Below are positions 1 through 11,324 of a stretch of 64,000 nucleotides of DNA, one piece after another (the first letter of the stretch is position 1; each line of letters starts with the position of its first letter). Source of the stretch: a phage; sequence record PZ386980.1, one strand, 5' to 3'. Under the pieces are notes generated by a model that worked only from the letters and a program-made list of their open reading frames with translations, was not told where the DNA came from and did not search any database. The translations under genes and the position numbers were made by a program.

Positions 1-156
1 GCAATTAAAGAGCTTACCAGGAGAAATAAATTTTTCGTCCTGAATCATTTTTAAAATATGTTCCAACGGAAGATTATATTTTTGAGCAAAATAAGGAAGA
101 CCTGATTGCCAGCTTAAACATACACCATCAATATCAGTCAAAATAGTAGGCTTCAT
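1..156 (-). CDS. HAD-like hydrolase (putative nucleotidase), N-terminal 52 codons only; gene runs off the left edge
   Basis: ATG (rev) at 154-156 overlaps stop of upstream ORF (ATGA); translation MKPTILTDIDGVCLSWQSGLPYF.. has a DxDGV HAD motif I. Confidence 0.45.
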   Translation of the reverse strand, partial: MKPTILTDIDGVCLSWQSGLPYFAQKYNLPLEHILKMIQDEKFISPGKLFNC

Positions 157-617
157 AGAGAGTCTCTTAATAGGTTTAACACATCAATAAATTCAGCTTC
201 GGTTAGTATTGTATCATCTTTTGTTAGACTACTAGCCATGCTGTGCTTCAAAACTTTTCCTTTCGAGGCTTGTAATGCATCACGAAAGCCCTTGTTTTGA
301 ATCGCTGCCTCAAAATACGCATTTGTGTATAATTCTTTCCACGCTGGAGAGTATCTTGAAAACGGAACTCCGAGCCAGAAGAGGGTCCCACGGTCCTGAG
401 CTCTAGCATAAGACCTTCCAGCTTGTTGGGCGGCAAGCCCGGATAACCCAAATACACGACGTTGCTGTTCAACATTTTTCACCTTACATCCTTGGAGAAA
501 TCCTTCAAGACCTCCAAATTGGATACCATCCATAACAAAAGGCCATTGGGCGAAATTACTTAATGCACACGATGGCCATCTAAAATTGCTTCTAATCTCT
601 AACTCAGACATTTTCAA
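153..617 (-). CDS. NADAR-domain (YbiA-like) protein
   Basis: 154-aa track ORF; segment NFRWPSCALSNFAQWPFVMDG resembles the YbiA/NADAR FSNF..WP..DG signature as I recall it. Confidence 0.55.
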   Translation of the reverse strand: MKMSELEIRSNFRWPSCALSNFAQWPFVMDGIQFGGLEGFLQGCKVKNVEQQRRVFGLSGLAAQQAGRSYARAQDRGTLFWLGVPFSRYSPAWKELYTNAYFEAAIQNKGFRDALQASKGKVLKHSMASSLTKDDTILTEAEFIDVLNLLRDSL

Positions 618-810
618 TACTTATAATTTCAACATCAGCCCAATGACCATAGCAAGGAAGACGAAATTCAACTGGCCAGTTAGGGTCCTTTTCTAATATA
701 ATAGACTTAACTTGTGGTTCTTCATGTTCATCAGTATATGGATTTTTATCTGTTACTTTATATGTGACCTTAATGTACTGAATTCCAAAAATCTTATTAA
801 TTATATTCAT
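604..810 (-). CDS. hypothetical protein (68 aa)
   Basis: track ORF, tightly packed same-strand array; no recognisable motif. Confidence 0.45.
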   Translation of the reverse strand: MNIINKIFGIQYIKVTYKVTDKNPYTDEHEEPQVKSIILEKDPNWPVEFRLPCYGHWADVEIISIENV

Positions 811-1004
811 ACTAATTCCTTTAATCCGTAAATAGGAGATAATTCATCACCCATACGAAGGTCTTCATTTCCATCTACCCAGGAAACAATATAAGCCTCT
901 TTTATTTGAACACCACTCCATTTAAATGGAGGTAGAACCTTAGAAATTAATCCAGGTATACCAACTCCCTTTAATTCAACAGTTTGACCTAAAAAGAATT
1001 TCAT
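807..1004 (-). CDS. hypothetical protein (65 aa)
   Basis: track ORF; 4-nt overlap with neighbours typical of coupled phage genes. Confidence 0.45.
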   Translation of the reverse strand: MKFFLGQTVELKGVGIPGLISKVLPPFKWSGVQIKEAYIVSWVDGNEDLRMGDELSPIYGLKELV

Positions 1005-1291
1005 TAAAACCTCATCTGAAAACCATGCGATTTAACATTACCACCGCCAATATCAGAAATGTTAATTTCACTCGCAATTGAAGGGTCAATGTCAATTTCG
1101 CGATTGAGTTTAGTGATAGCTAAAGTATCGTGCCCATTTACTGTACGGAACTCTAGAGGACAAACCACATCAACGTAGTTTTTAATCGATTCACTGGTAG
1201 GCTGCAAATGAGCAGGAAGGTCTTTAGGCGCCTTTGAGAAAACAACTTCACAGAAATTTTTGCGGGTATCAAAATAAGTAGTCATAAACAT
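1004..1291 (-). CDS. hypothetical protein (95 aa)
   Basis: track ORF 1004..1342 trimmed to internal ATG at 1291 preceded by GAGGAA RBS; the longer ORF would read through the hairpin at 1309-1322. Confidence 0.5.
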   Translation of the reverse strand: MFMTTYFDTRKNFCEVVFSKAPKDLPAHLQPTSESIKNYVDVVCPLEFRTVNGHDTLAITKLNREIDIDPSIASEINISDIGGGNVKSHGFQMRF

Positions 1292-1331
1292 AGTATTTTC
1301 CTCAGTAAGGGGCCGAAGCCCCTGTTTTATT

Positions 1332-1697
1332 TTAAATATCAAATTCGTTAAGAACTACATCAAAGATTGCTTCAAGATGCTCAGGTTTAGCTCTGTTACT
1401 CAAAATATGACGAATCCAAGTTTTAACCAGAAGCTTACGATTAGCGCCATTCCAGCAAGGATGGGTCCCTAAATCGCGTTGACGAAAATCATCATCCAGA
1501 GCGATTTTGAAGTTTGAACCTTCCATTGTGATTGAAACCGTGATGCCATTTTCAAATCGCATATAAACGTAATTAGGAGTCATATACTGTTCAATTTCGC
1601 ATACTGATCCATTTTGATGTTTCCAAAGGCAAATAGTATCAATAGAACCTGCAATACCATTAGAAACATATTTACGTTCAAAGTTGATGTAGTTCAT
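1332..1697 (-). CDS. hypothetical protein (121 aa)
   Basis: track ORF; early promoter motif 1735-1763 about 38 nt upstream of start. Confidence 0.55.
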   Translation of the reverse strand: MNYINFERKYVSNGIAGSIDTICLWKHQNGSVCEIEQYMTPNYVYMRFENGITVSITMEGSNFKIALDDDFRQRDLGTHPCWNGANRKLLVKTWIRHILSNRAKPEHLEAIFDVVLNEFDI

Positions 1698-1734
1698 TTT
1701 TATTCTCCGAGATGTTTAATTGCGGTACAGGTAT

Positions 1735-1763
1735 ATAATATCATATCCTGTACCAAAGTAAAC
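1735..1763 (-). promoter_or_regulatory. T4-type early promoter
   Basis: minus strand GTTTAC-17nt-TATTAT, about 38 nt upstream of ATG 1697. Confidence 0.55.
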
Positions 1764-1765
1764 AA

Positions 1766-2098
1766 TTATTTTACTACTTTCCAGTGCTTCATGTCAAGTT
1801 TACCAACTTTTTTCATCTTCTCAATCAAACGTTCGGCACGTTGGCGAGCTGTAACATAATACCATTCGCCTAATTCATTTTGTTCAATTTTTCCAACGAT
1901 TACTGTATTCAATTCATAAATCCAACCAGTAAAGAAATTATGAACTTGAATTGTAAAGGTGAAATCTGTTCCCATACCTTCTGTTGTTTCTACTTCAATA
2001 ATATCACCTTCAACTGCCATTAAGAACCACATAGTTTCATCATATTTACCATTGAAGCATTTAGTCTTAACTGCAGCGTTCAGATTAATCGTTTTCAT
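1766..2098 (-). CDS. hypothetical protein (110 aa)
   Basis: track ORF; AAGGAG RBS (rev of 2105-2110) and early promoter 2126-2155 upstream. Confidence 0.55.
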   Translation of the reverse strand: MKTINLNAAVKTKCFNGKYDETMWFLMAVEGDIIEVETTEGMGTDFTFTIQVHNFFTGWIYELNTVIVGKIEQNELGEWYYVTARQRAERLIEKMKKVGKLDMKHWKVVK

Positions 2099-2125
2099 TT
2101 TATTCTCCTTTGTTTGTGTAAGATA

Positions 2126-2155
2126 ATACTATCACAAAGGAACCATATTGTAAAC
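2126..2155 (-). promoter_or_regulatory. T4-type early promoter
   Basis: minus strand GTTTACA-17nt-TAGTAT; directly downstream of terminator 2175-2203; 28 nt to ATG 2098. Confidence 0.6.
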
Positions 2156-2174
2156 AACTTTGTGTAATCTTTGG

Positions 2175-2203
2175 AAAATAAAAAAGGACTCCCGAAGGAG
2201 TCC
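2175..2203 (-). terminator. rho-independent terminator
   Basis: minus strand GGACUCC-UUCG-GGAGUCC followed by U-run; 6 nt after stop of ORF 2209..2385. Confidence 0.7.
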
Positions 2204-2208
2204 TCAAC

Positions 2209-2385
2209 TTATGCTTTCTGCTTACCAAAACGAGAAGCATCATCTCGAAGAACCGCACGTGCTCGGCGCATGATCTTCTCAACAGTTTGATTGATACGAG
2301 AGTTCGACCCACGCTTGTAGCCAGCGCGTTTAGAATCACCAACTTTCTTTTCAACTGCTTTCTTTGCTTTAGCTTGTTTTGCCAT
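2209..2385 (-). CDS. small lysine/arginine-rich protein (58 aa)
   Basis: track ORF 2209..2427 trimmed to ATG at 2385 (MAKQAKAKKAVEKK..); terminator hairpin immediately downstream at 2175-2203. Confidence 0.45.
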   Translation of the reverse strand: MAKQAKAKKAVEKKVGDSKRAGYKRGSNSRINQTVEKIMRRARAVLRDDASRFGKQKA

Positions 2386-2628
2386 TATAAATTCTCTTTT
2401 AAATGAAAATGCAGGACTTATTGGCATTGCCTGCGCAAGCCCTCAAGGGGAACATAGGTTTTGGATATTTAACGACAGGATAACCATAAACCCGTCATCA
2501 TTCACATTCAAGAGGTACACCATAAAACTGCCGGGGTCTTAAAACTATAATGATTCGCAAATCATTAATCAGACAGTTCGATGGCTCCTCGATTTTAGCT
2601 CACACTAAGGCAGTGAATCTCCAATAAA

Positions 2629-2877
2629 TTACTTCAGTGTTACCACAAAGTGACGAACTGCTTTTCGTGCAGCAGAAGCCAGAGGCTTAGCATACTTAAG
2701 TTCATCTTTTTCCTGAAGCTCAGCAGCTAATGCAGTTTGAGCAGGATTCAGATGTTTGAAATAACGCAGGATTTCAAGAGCTTCGGCTTCAACATCAATA
2801 GATGCGCCATAGTTTTCGTGACCATTATTCCATGCGTTTCGTTGCAGTTCAAGAGCGTGTTGTAATTGTTTAATCAT
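2629..2877 (-). CDS. rIII: RIII lysis-inhibition accessory protein
   Basis: 82 aa; MIKQLQHALELQRNAWNNGHENYG.. matches my recollection of T4 RIII; precedes gene 31 as in T4. Confidence 0.85.
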   Translation of the reverse strand: MIKQLQHALELQRNAWNNGHENYGASIDVEAEALEILRYFKHLNPAQTALAAELQEKDELKYAKPLASAARKAVRHFVVTLK

Positions 2878-3016
2878 TTAAAAATTCTCGTTAGAGATTA
2901 AAACTCGGTAGTCACGTTCTTCTGAATTTCATCTTCTTTCGACAGATCTCTCAGTTGTAGACTACCACATAGAATTGTTCGGTTAACTTATTATTCCGAC
3001 ACCCAATTCATATTAT

Positions 3017-3024
3017 TATTTATA
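3017..3024 (-). promoter_or_regulatory. late promoter motif (possible rIII late promoter)
   Basis: exact TATAAATA on minus strand in the 31-rIII intergenic region, about 140 nt upstream of rIII ATG. Confidence 0.4.
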
Positions 3025-3360
3025 TCACTTATAAAGACACGGAATAGCTTTATAGTGACAAGTAACGAATTTTTGTTTAATTTCTTTTGGCTGCTTAAGA
3101 CCCAGAGCTACAAAAGGATGCGGAACATTTCGAATTTGACCAACTGGAAGAGAAGTCAAATCACCAACTTCGCAAAAACCTTCAGGAACATCAGGACCAA
3201 CAGAGTGAACTACACACAGTTCAGGAACTTCACCTTGAACACGTTTACCGATAATAAGTCCTGATTCTGTAACTTCTTCATCACCGGCTTGTGCGGGTTC
3301 AGAAACTAAAATAACATATTCACCGACAGCACGAATTGGTAGCTGTTGTACTTCAGACAT
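3025..3360 (-). CDS. 31: gp31 head-assembly co-chaperonin (GroES-like)
   Basis: 111 aa; [30 protein letters not shown].. matches recalled T4 gp31. Confidence 0.9.
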
Positions 3361-3416
3361 CGTTTTTCCTTTTTGTTAACAGATGAATTAATAATAACAA
3401 ATAATTCTTAAAGCAT

Positions 3417-3725
3417 TTATTTACCAATAAATTGGAGTAAATGCTCAACTTTCATACCATTAACAGAAATCAATTTGTCAATAGAAAAACCTCGCCATGC
3501 ACCAAGTTCAACATCAAATATTGGAATCATGTCAGTAGATTCTTTCCGAGTCGATTCAGTCAATTTACCAGTTTGCATGGTTGGCATAAAGTCTGCGTCA
3601 CGAGTACCTTTCATAGTACGAATAGTACCATCAGACTTTTCAAAAACTACGTTTGAAACACCCATGGACAGTTTAGTTTTCAAAATTTCACGAATTGCTA
3701 CTTTTTGTTCAGTCGTCAGTTTCAT
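3417..3725 (-). CDS. hypothetical protein (102 aa), position of T4 31.1
   Basis: track ORF between gene 31 and cd. Confidence 0.55.
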   Translation of the reverse strand: MKLTTEQKVAIREILKTKLSMGVSNVVFEKSDGTIRTMKGTRDADFMPTMQTGKLTESTRKESTDMIPIFDVELGAWRGFSIDKLISVNGMKVEHLLQFIGK

Positions 3726-3962
3726 TTATTTACCTATCACAGTTTTAATATGAGTTGTTCCACGTTCTTTAAGAGTGGAAAGCAATTTTTGGCATTTTTC
3801 TAAATCAGATTTCCAACTATATGGTCTATCTATACTAGTCCAATCAGTTTTATAATACTGCTTCCATTTAGAGAAAAAATATTTCTTATACTCTACAGCA
3901 AATGAGATGTTCTCGTTAGAATAAGAACTAATTGCTGTGAGCTTTACCAAACGAAATTTCAT
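3726..3962 (-). CDS. hypothetical protein (78 aa), position of T4 31.2
   Basis: track ORF; start overlaps cd stop. Confidence 0.5.
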   Translation of the reverse strand: MKFRLVKLTAISSYSNENISFAVEYKKYFFSKWKQYYKTDWTSIDRPYSWKSDLEKCQKLLSTLKERGTTHIKTVIGK

Positions 3963-4543
3963 TATTCACCACAGAATTCGTTGATATTTTCCCAGTTTAA
4001 CTTATTCAAGTTTTTCTTAGGAACATTAAACACTTCAATACCTGCATTTCGCAGAATATCATCCCAGCCAGGTTTATTTTTATCGTATGTTTCGCAATAA
4101 ACCAGTTTTTTAATACCAGATTGAGCTATCGCTTTTGCACAATCCGGACATGGAGAAAGTGTTACATACATAGTAGCACCTTCAATAGAAGAACCATTTC
4201 GTGCAGCAAACAAAATTGCATTTAGTTCAGCATGAATTTCATTTTTAGACGACCATTCAGAGTGAGCGCTCCGGTGTTCTTTTGCCAAGACAAAACGATC
4301 AGTTGAACCAAATGATACACATTCGGGCTTATGACCTTGGATGATAGTATGTTTAGGTTTATTTAGCAACCAACCTTGCTCAGCAGCATAATCACAACAG
4401 TTCACACCCCCTGCGGGGGAACCATTATACCCAGTAGAAATAATACGTCCATTCTTTTCAATTACTGCTCCTACCTTCCAGGAGCAACATTTTGATTCCT
4501 GCGATACTAAATATGCAATTTGAAGTACTGTACTCGCTTTCAT
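3962..4543 (-). CDS. cd: dCMP deaminase
   Basis: 193 aa; zinc-deaminase motifs HAELNAI and PCPDCAKAI; matches recalled T4 Cd. Confidence 0.9.
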   Translation of the reverse strand: MKASTVLQIAYLVSQESKCCSWKVGAVIEKNGRIISTGYNGSPAGGVNCCDYAAEQGWLLNKPKHTIIQGHKPECVSFGSTDRFVLAKEHRSAHSEWSSKNEIHAELNAILFAARNGSSIEGATMYVTLSPCPDCAKAIAQSGIKKLVYCETYDKNKPGWDDILRNAGIEVFNVPKKNLNKLNWENINEFCGE

Positions 4544-4878
4544 TTCATAATCACCAGATAAGCAGATTTAGCAGTTTCAACACGATAAATTTCGTGACGA
4601 AGTTTAGTTATACTTTTAATAACAGAACTAATTATATTCTGCCCATCTTTAAAGCGGTTTTTCTTGTCAATAAAAATTGCGCCAATCATCTTTTTGTGAA
4701 GCTCAACTGGATACTTCGTCACAATAATAGCATCATATACAGAAGGATGAATACTATTTACTAGAGTGTCATTCATTAAAGTTATTCTAATGAACTGTGC
4801 TGTTTCAGAGTCAAGCGCTCTATGATCGCCAGTATCATTTTCAAGACAATTATCAATTATATCAGTTAAATTCATCAT
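4540..4878 (-). CDS. hypothetical protein (112 aa)
   Basis: track ORF in cd-pseT accessory array. Confidence 0.5.
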   Translation of the reverse strand: MMNLTDIIDNCLENDTGDHRALDSETAQFIRITLMNDTLVNSIHPSVYDAIIVTKYPVELHKKMIGAIFIDKKNRFKDGQNIISSVIKSITKLRHEIYRVETAKSAYLVIMK

Positions 4879-5114
4879 AGTACGCCATACACCCTTTGTG
4901 CTTCAACTAATCCATCAAAATCTAATTTAAGATGCGATATTTGATCGCCATCACCTGGATTCACAATTACTAATACTGAGCGAGGAGTTTCGGTAATAAC
5001 ACGAACCGATGTTTCAGGAAATCGTTCAGAAACCTTATTTACCAATTCCTGTGCAAATAGCTTAACTTTTTCTTGGAATTCTTTAACAGTAATCGGTTTT
5101 TCACTTAGCAGCAT
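4875..5114 (-). CDS. hypothetical protein (79 aa)
   Basis: track ORF 4875..5210 trimmed to ATG 5114 with GAGGAA RBS; early promoter 5144-5173 lies inside the longer track ORF. Confidence 0.5.
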   Translation of the reverse strand: MLLSEKPITVKEFQEKVKLFAQELVNKVSERFPETSVRVITETPRSVLVIVNPGDGDQISHLKLDFDGLVEAQRVYGVL

Positions 5115-5143
5115 TTTGTTTTCCTCATTTGTTTGGTAGAGCC

Positions 5144-5173
5144 ATAATATCACAACTCTACCGTAAAGTAAAC
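5144..5173 (-). promoter_or_regulatory. T4-type early promoter
   Basis: minus strand GTTTAC-18nt-TATTAT; 30 nt to ATG 5114. Confidence 0.55.
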
Positions 5174-5175
5174 TA

Positions 5176-5451
5176 TTAAATTGCTTTGAATTCTGCTGTC
5201 TGCGATTCAAAACGAATATCGCCTTTGATAACTAACTCAGCATCAAGACCGAATACTACAATGATATGCGCGGAACCTGGATACAGCGTAATGGCAACAG
5301 AATCCACCTGGTCTGGAAGCAAAGTGTTCAATACATGAGTCACTTGAGCATGGATTCGAAGTTCGGCTGCGTTATCAAGCTTTTCAAACATATTATTAGC
5401 GATAATTTGACTAAACACTACTTCTACAATTTTAGAATAAGTCGGAAACAT
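5176..5451 (-). CDS. hypothetical protein (91 aa)
   Basis: track ORF trimmed to ATG 5451 preceded by GAGGT RBS. Confidence 0.5.
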   Translation of the reverse strand: MFPTYSKIVEVVFSQIIANNMFEKLDNAAELRIHAQVTHVLNTLLPDQVDSVAITLYPGSAHIIVVFGLDAELVIKGDIRFESQTAEFKAI

Positions 5452-5453
5452 AT

Positions 5454-5654
5454 TTACCTCACATAATTTTCTTCGAGCCAATCAATAACATCCAACGCAT
5501 TATCAAAAGTTGAACCATCTACTTTGTCTTCTGTTTCATAATCAAGAACATCTAGGCCTACTCTTCCATCAACAATAGGCCATAAACAAAACAGGTATTT
5601 CTTTTCTTTTTCAATTTTATCGCAAAGACGATAAATCTTTTCTATGTTATTCAT
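5454..5654 (-). CDS. hypothetical protein (66 aa)
   Basis: track ORF. Confidence 0.5.
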   Translation of the reverse strand: MNNIEKIYRLCDKIEKEKKYLFCLWPIVDGRVGLDVLDYETEDKVDGSTFDNALDVIDWLEENYVR

Positions 5655-5843
5655 AAGTTTTCCATGGTAAAGGCAGTTTAGTTTTCTTTACTGTTAGTTC
5701 AACATCAGGATTCTTTTCTCTTAATTTAAGGCATTCCTCCCAAGCTCTGATTTCACTAGTGAATACACAAAATTGCCCATTACTAGTACCGACTAAACCG
5801 CTATTTACAATAATAATAGCCCAAGTTTCATGATGCCACGCCA

Positions 5844-5844
<1 letters not shown>
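5647..5844 (-). CDS. hypothetical protein (65 aa)
   Basis: track ORF trimmed to ATG 5844 which overlaps the pseT stop by 1 nt (TAATG). Confidence 0.45.
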
Positions 5845-7044
<1,200 letters not shown>

Positions 7045-7048
<4 letters not shown>

Positions 7049-7275
7049 TTATTTTTCTCAACCAATGATTGAATATAATCATGCAGGTCTTTAGATGCTT
7101 TACCCCACTTATTTTGATATTCATTTTTGAGATTAGCGCGTGATTGAGCTAATAAAACATCATTAGTTGGAGGTAAAGATTCTAATCGTTGAATCTGTCG
7201 TCCATAAATCATTGCAGCCATCTCGGATTCATAAATTAATCCTTTTAGATGTTCAAATTGATACCATGAAATCAT
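7045..7275 (-). CDS. hypothetical protein (76 aa)
   Basis: track ORF. Confidence 0.5.
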
Positions 7276-7571
7276 TTACATTTATCCTCTTTTAGCTCTT
7301 GACGATAATAACATATCATAGTTTTCTGGTCATGTACATATCGTTTTACATCATTAAGCCAAATACGAAATTCCTGAGAATCTTCAAATGGCATACCTAC
7401 CCAAGCTTTACCATCAATAACTTTAACTTGCCAAGATAGTTTAGCTTCGTCATATGACTTTATTTGCACAGGCCAATTAGGATGAACTGTTTCTTTCTTT
7501 ACTTCTAGAGGCTTTGTCGAACAACCAACTAGAAGACCAATAGATAATATTACTGCAGATAATTTAATCAT
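7272..7571 (-). CDS. outer-membrane spanin (o-spanin) lipoprotein
   Basis: 99 aa; signal peptide with lipobox LLVGC then C at +1; Cys-containing periplasmic part; position of T4 pseT.2. Confidence 0.65.
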   Translation of the reverse strand: MIKLSAVILSIGLLVGCSTKPLEVKKETVHPNWPVQIKSYDEAKLSWQVKVIDGKAWVGMPFEDSQEFRIWLNDVKRYVHDQKTMICYYRQELKEDKCK

Positions 7572-7921
7572 TTAGAAAGGTCCTGGATGTCTTCTGCGAA
7601 CTTGTTGAAGGAGTTGTTGATTTGTTTTTCAACCAATCCTGGCTTACGAACCACCACATCCGCCTTCTTTGCATCTTTGCGCAGTTTTTCATTTTCATGC
7701 TCAATAGCAGCAATCGCCTCACGATTTTTATTATTCATCGCATCAATATAATTATACTGAATTCGCAAATTATTTAATGCTAAGGCGTTTTCATTGGCCG
7801 TTTTTGTAATTTCAGTAACTGATGTTTCTAATCTTTCTACCTTATTTTTTAAAATAATAGATGTTCCGCCAAATGCTATTACAAGTAATAGCAATCCAGC
7901 TGTAAAATTACTTACATGCAT
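7568..7921 (-). CDS. inner-membrane spanin (i-spanin)
   Basis: 117 aa; N-terminal TM segment (LLLLVIAFGGTSIIL) followed by coiled-coil-like region; position of T4 pseT.3. Confidence 0.65.
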   Translation of the reverse strand: MHVSNFTAGLLLLVIAFGGTSIILKNKVERLETSVTEITKTANENALALNNLRIQYNYIDAMNNKNREAIAAIEHENEKLRKDAKKADVVVRKPGLVEKQINNSFNKFAEDIQDLSK

Positions 7922-8418
7922 AAAGTTTTAATAACCTCTATAATATCGTCTTGAGAAAGACCGTTAATTAAAATATGATGTTCAACCGGAGATTTAGAAA
8001 TTTTAAAGCACGCCGCAACATCTTCTGCCATATCCGATGCGCTACGATTTGGATTACTAATTCCAAGACGATGCTTTCCCGTCAAAGGATTAACGATGAT
8101 ATAGCATTTGCAGCTATTGATGTGAACATTAGGTTGAGTCTGATTAATGAATACTTCACAATCGTATTTCGCAAACTGATTTTCTAAAAAGACTTTCATC
8201 TCCTCAACCGCATCAGGAAGCATATCACGGGCTTGCTCAAGACGACGATTTCGATATTCTTTAATGGTCGTTTTCCGCTTGACTTGCTTAGCTAAATCTT
8301 TCTTAAGATCGGTGATATATCCAACTCGACGATTTCCTTTGAATACAGAAATCCCATCTGTAGTATCACCGTATGCTTCAACGACCATTTCAGTAGTAAT
8401 AAGCTGCAAATCCATCAT
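7912..8418 (-). CDS. alc: Alc, inhibitor of host transcription on cytosine DNA
   Basis: 168 aa; size, position between spanins and rnlA, and sequence consistent with recalled T4 Alc. Confidence 0.75.
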   Translation of the reverse strand: MMDLQLITTEMVVEAYGDTTDGISVFKGNRRVGYITDLKKDLAKQVKRKTTIKEYRNRRLEQARDMLPDAVEEMKVFLENQFAKYDCEVFINQTQPNVHINSCKCYIIVNPLTGKHRLGISNPNRSASDMAEDVAACFKISKSPVEHHILINGLSQDDIIEVIKTLCM

Positions 8419-8446
8419 AAAGTCCTCATGTTATGTCAGTAAGACT

Positions 8447-8476
8447 ACTATAACACAACATGAGGGACTTGTAAAC
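8447..8476 (-). promoter_or_regulatory. T4-type early promoter upstream of alc
   Basis: minus strand GTTTACA-17nt-TATAGT; 29 nt to alc ATG 8418. Confidence 0.6.
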
Positions 8477-8479
8477 AGC

Positions 8480-10067
<1,588 letters not shown>

Positions 10068-10094
10068 AATAAAATGGGCCTTGCGGCCCACTCC

Positions 10095-11273
10095 TTAAAA
10101 GTATTTTTTAAAACTCATCATAACTTTATCATCAACATCATTATCAATCTGTGCAACAAGATAAGATGACAGTTCTACTTCTTGCGGCGCGGATTGAACA
10201 TTATCAGAATTAAGGTATTCACGAATCCAAGGATATGGATGTTTAACCGGAGCATCGGTAATCGGGCATGGAAGACCACACTGTTTCATACGAGATACAG
10301 TTAAGTAATCAATAAAGCTCCACATGCTATTTGTATTTAATCCAGGAACATCGCCATCTTTAAATAAATGAACTGCCCAATCTTTTTCTTGGCGGTTAAC
10401 TTCCATGAAAATATCAACTGCTTCTTGTTCACACTCTTTGGCAATTTTAACCCATTCATCACCATCAGTGCCAAGTTGAAGTTGACGAATAATATATTGT
10501 GTACCTTTAAGATGAAGCTGCTCATCACGTGCAATGAACTTCATAATCTTGGCATTACCTTCCATGATTTCCATGTTTTTATGGAAGTTAAAGGTACACG
10601 CAAAGGATACATAAAAACGAATAGCTTCTAATGCATTAATAACGTGCAAACAGAGGTAAAGAGAGCGCATTAGTTCACGTTTCCAATACATTTCATGCTC
10701 TATGGCATCTTTAATATCATCTTCGTCTGCGTTAATTTCTTTTTGGTACTCAATATCAGCTTTAGCATTCTGCCAATATCTAGTTTTCTCAATAACATCA
10801 TCATAATAACGACCAATAGATTCAGCACGTTTCATGATAGCTTTATCTAATACAATCTCATCAAATACCTTTGACGGATCAGTATAAAGATTTCGCATAA
10901 TATGAGTGTATGAACGACTGTGAATAGTTTCACTAAAAGTCCATGTAGCAACCCATGTATCAAGGCTTGGGTCTGAAATCAATGACATAAGTACAGCAGA
11001 CGGTGCACGACCCTGAATGCTATCCAGAAGTGATTGATACTTCAGATTATTAGTAAAAATATTCTGCTGATATTGAGGAAGCTTATTAAACTGTGCAGCA
11101 TCCATCATTAAGTTTACTTCTTCAGGACGCCAGAAAAATGACAACTGCTTTTCGGTTAAATCTTCAAAAACTTTATGACGTTGAATATCATAACGCGCAA
11201 TACCAAGACCTGAACCAAAAAACATAGGTTCTTTTAAAACATCAACTGGATTTGTATTAAAAACTGTGCTCAT
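10095..11273 (-). CDS. nrdB: ribonucleotide reductase small subunit, uninterrupted
   Basis: 392-aa continuous ORF matching recalled T4 NrdB; no intron-sized interruption. Confidence 0.92.
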   Translation of the reverse strand: MSTVFNTNPVDVLKEPMFFGSGLGIARYDIQRHKVFEDLTEKQLSFFWRPEEVNLMMDAAQFNKLPQYQQNIFTNNLKYQSLLDSIQGRAPSAVLMSLISDPSLDTWVATWTFSETIHSRSYTHIMRNLYTDPSKVFDEIVLDKAIMKRAESIGRYYDDVIEKTRYWQNAKADIEYQKEINADEDDIKDAIEHEMYWKRELMRSLYLCLHVINALEAIRFYVSFACTFNFHKNMEIMEGNAKIMKFIARDEQLHLKGTQYIIRQLQLGTDGDEWVKIAKECEQEAVDIFMEVNRQEKDWAVHLFKDGDVPGLNTNSMWSFIDYLTVSRMKQCGLPCPITDAPVKHPYPWIREYLNSDNVQSAPQEVELSSYLVAQIDNDVDDKVMMSFKKYF

Positions 11274-11324
11274 AAATTTTCCGCTTAGTTAATAGTTGGT
11301 GACTCGTCCGTGAGTCAAATTATA

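Noticed and set aside
248-475. 75-aa minus-strand ORF inside the NADAR-like gene
   Set aside because: Alternate frame fully nested in the 154-aa ORF; no independent support.
2100-2354. 84-aa minus-strand track ORF
   Set aside because: It reads straight through the terminator hairpin at 2175-2203 and overlaps the better-supported ORF 2209-2385 in another frame.
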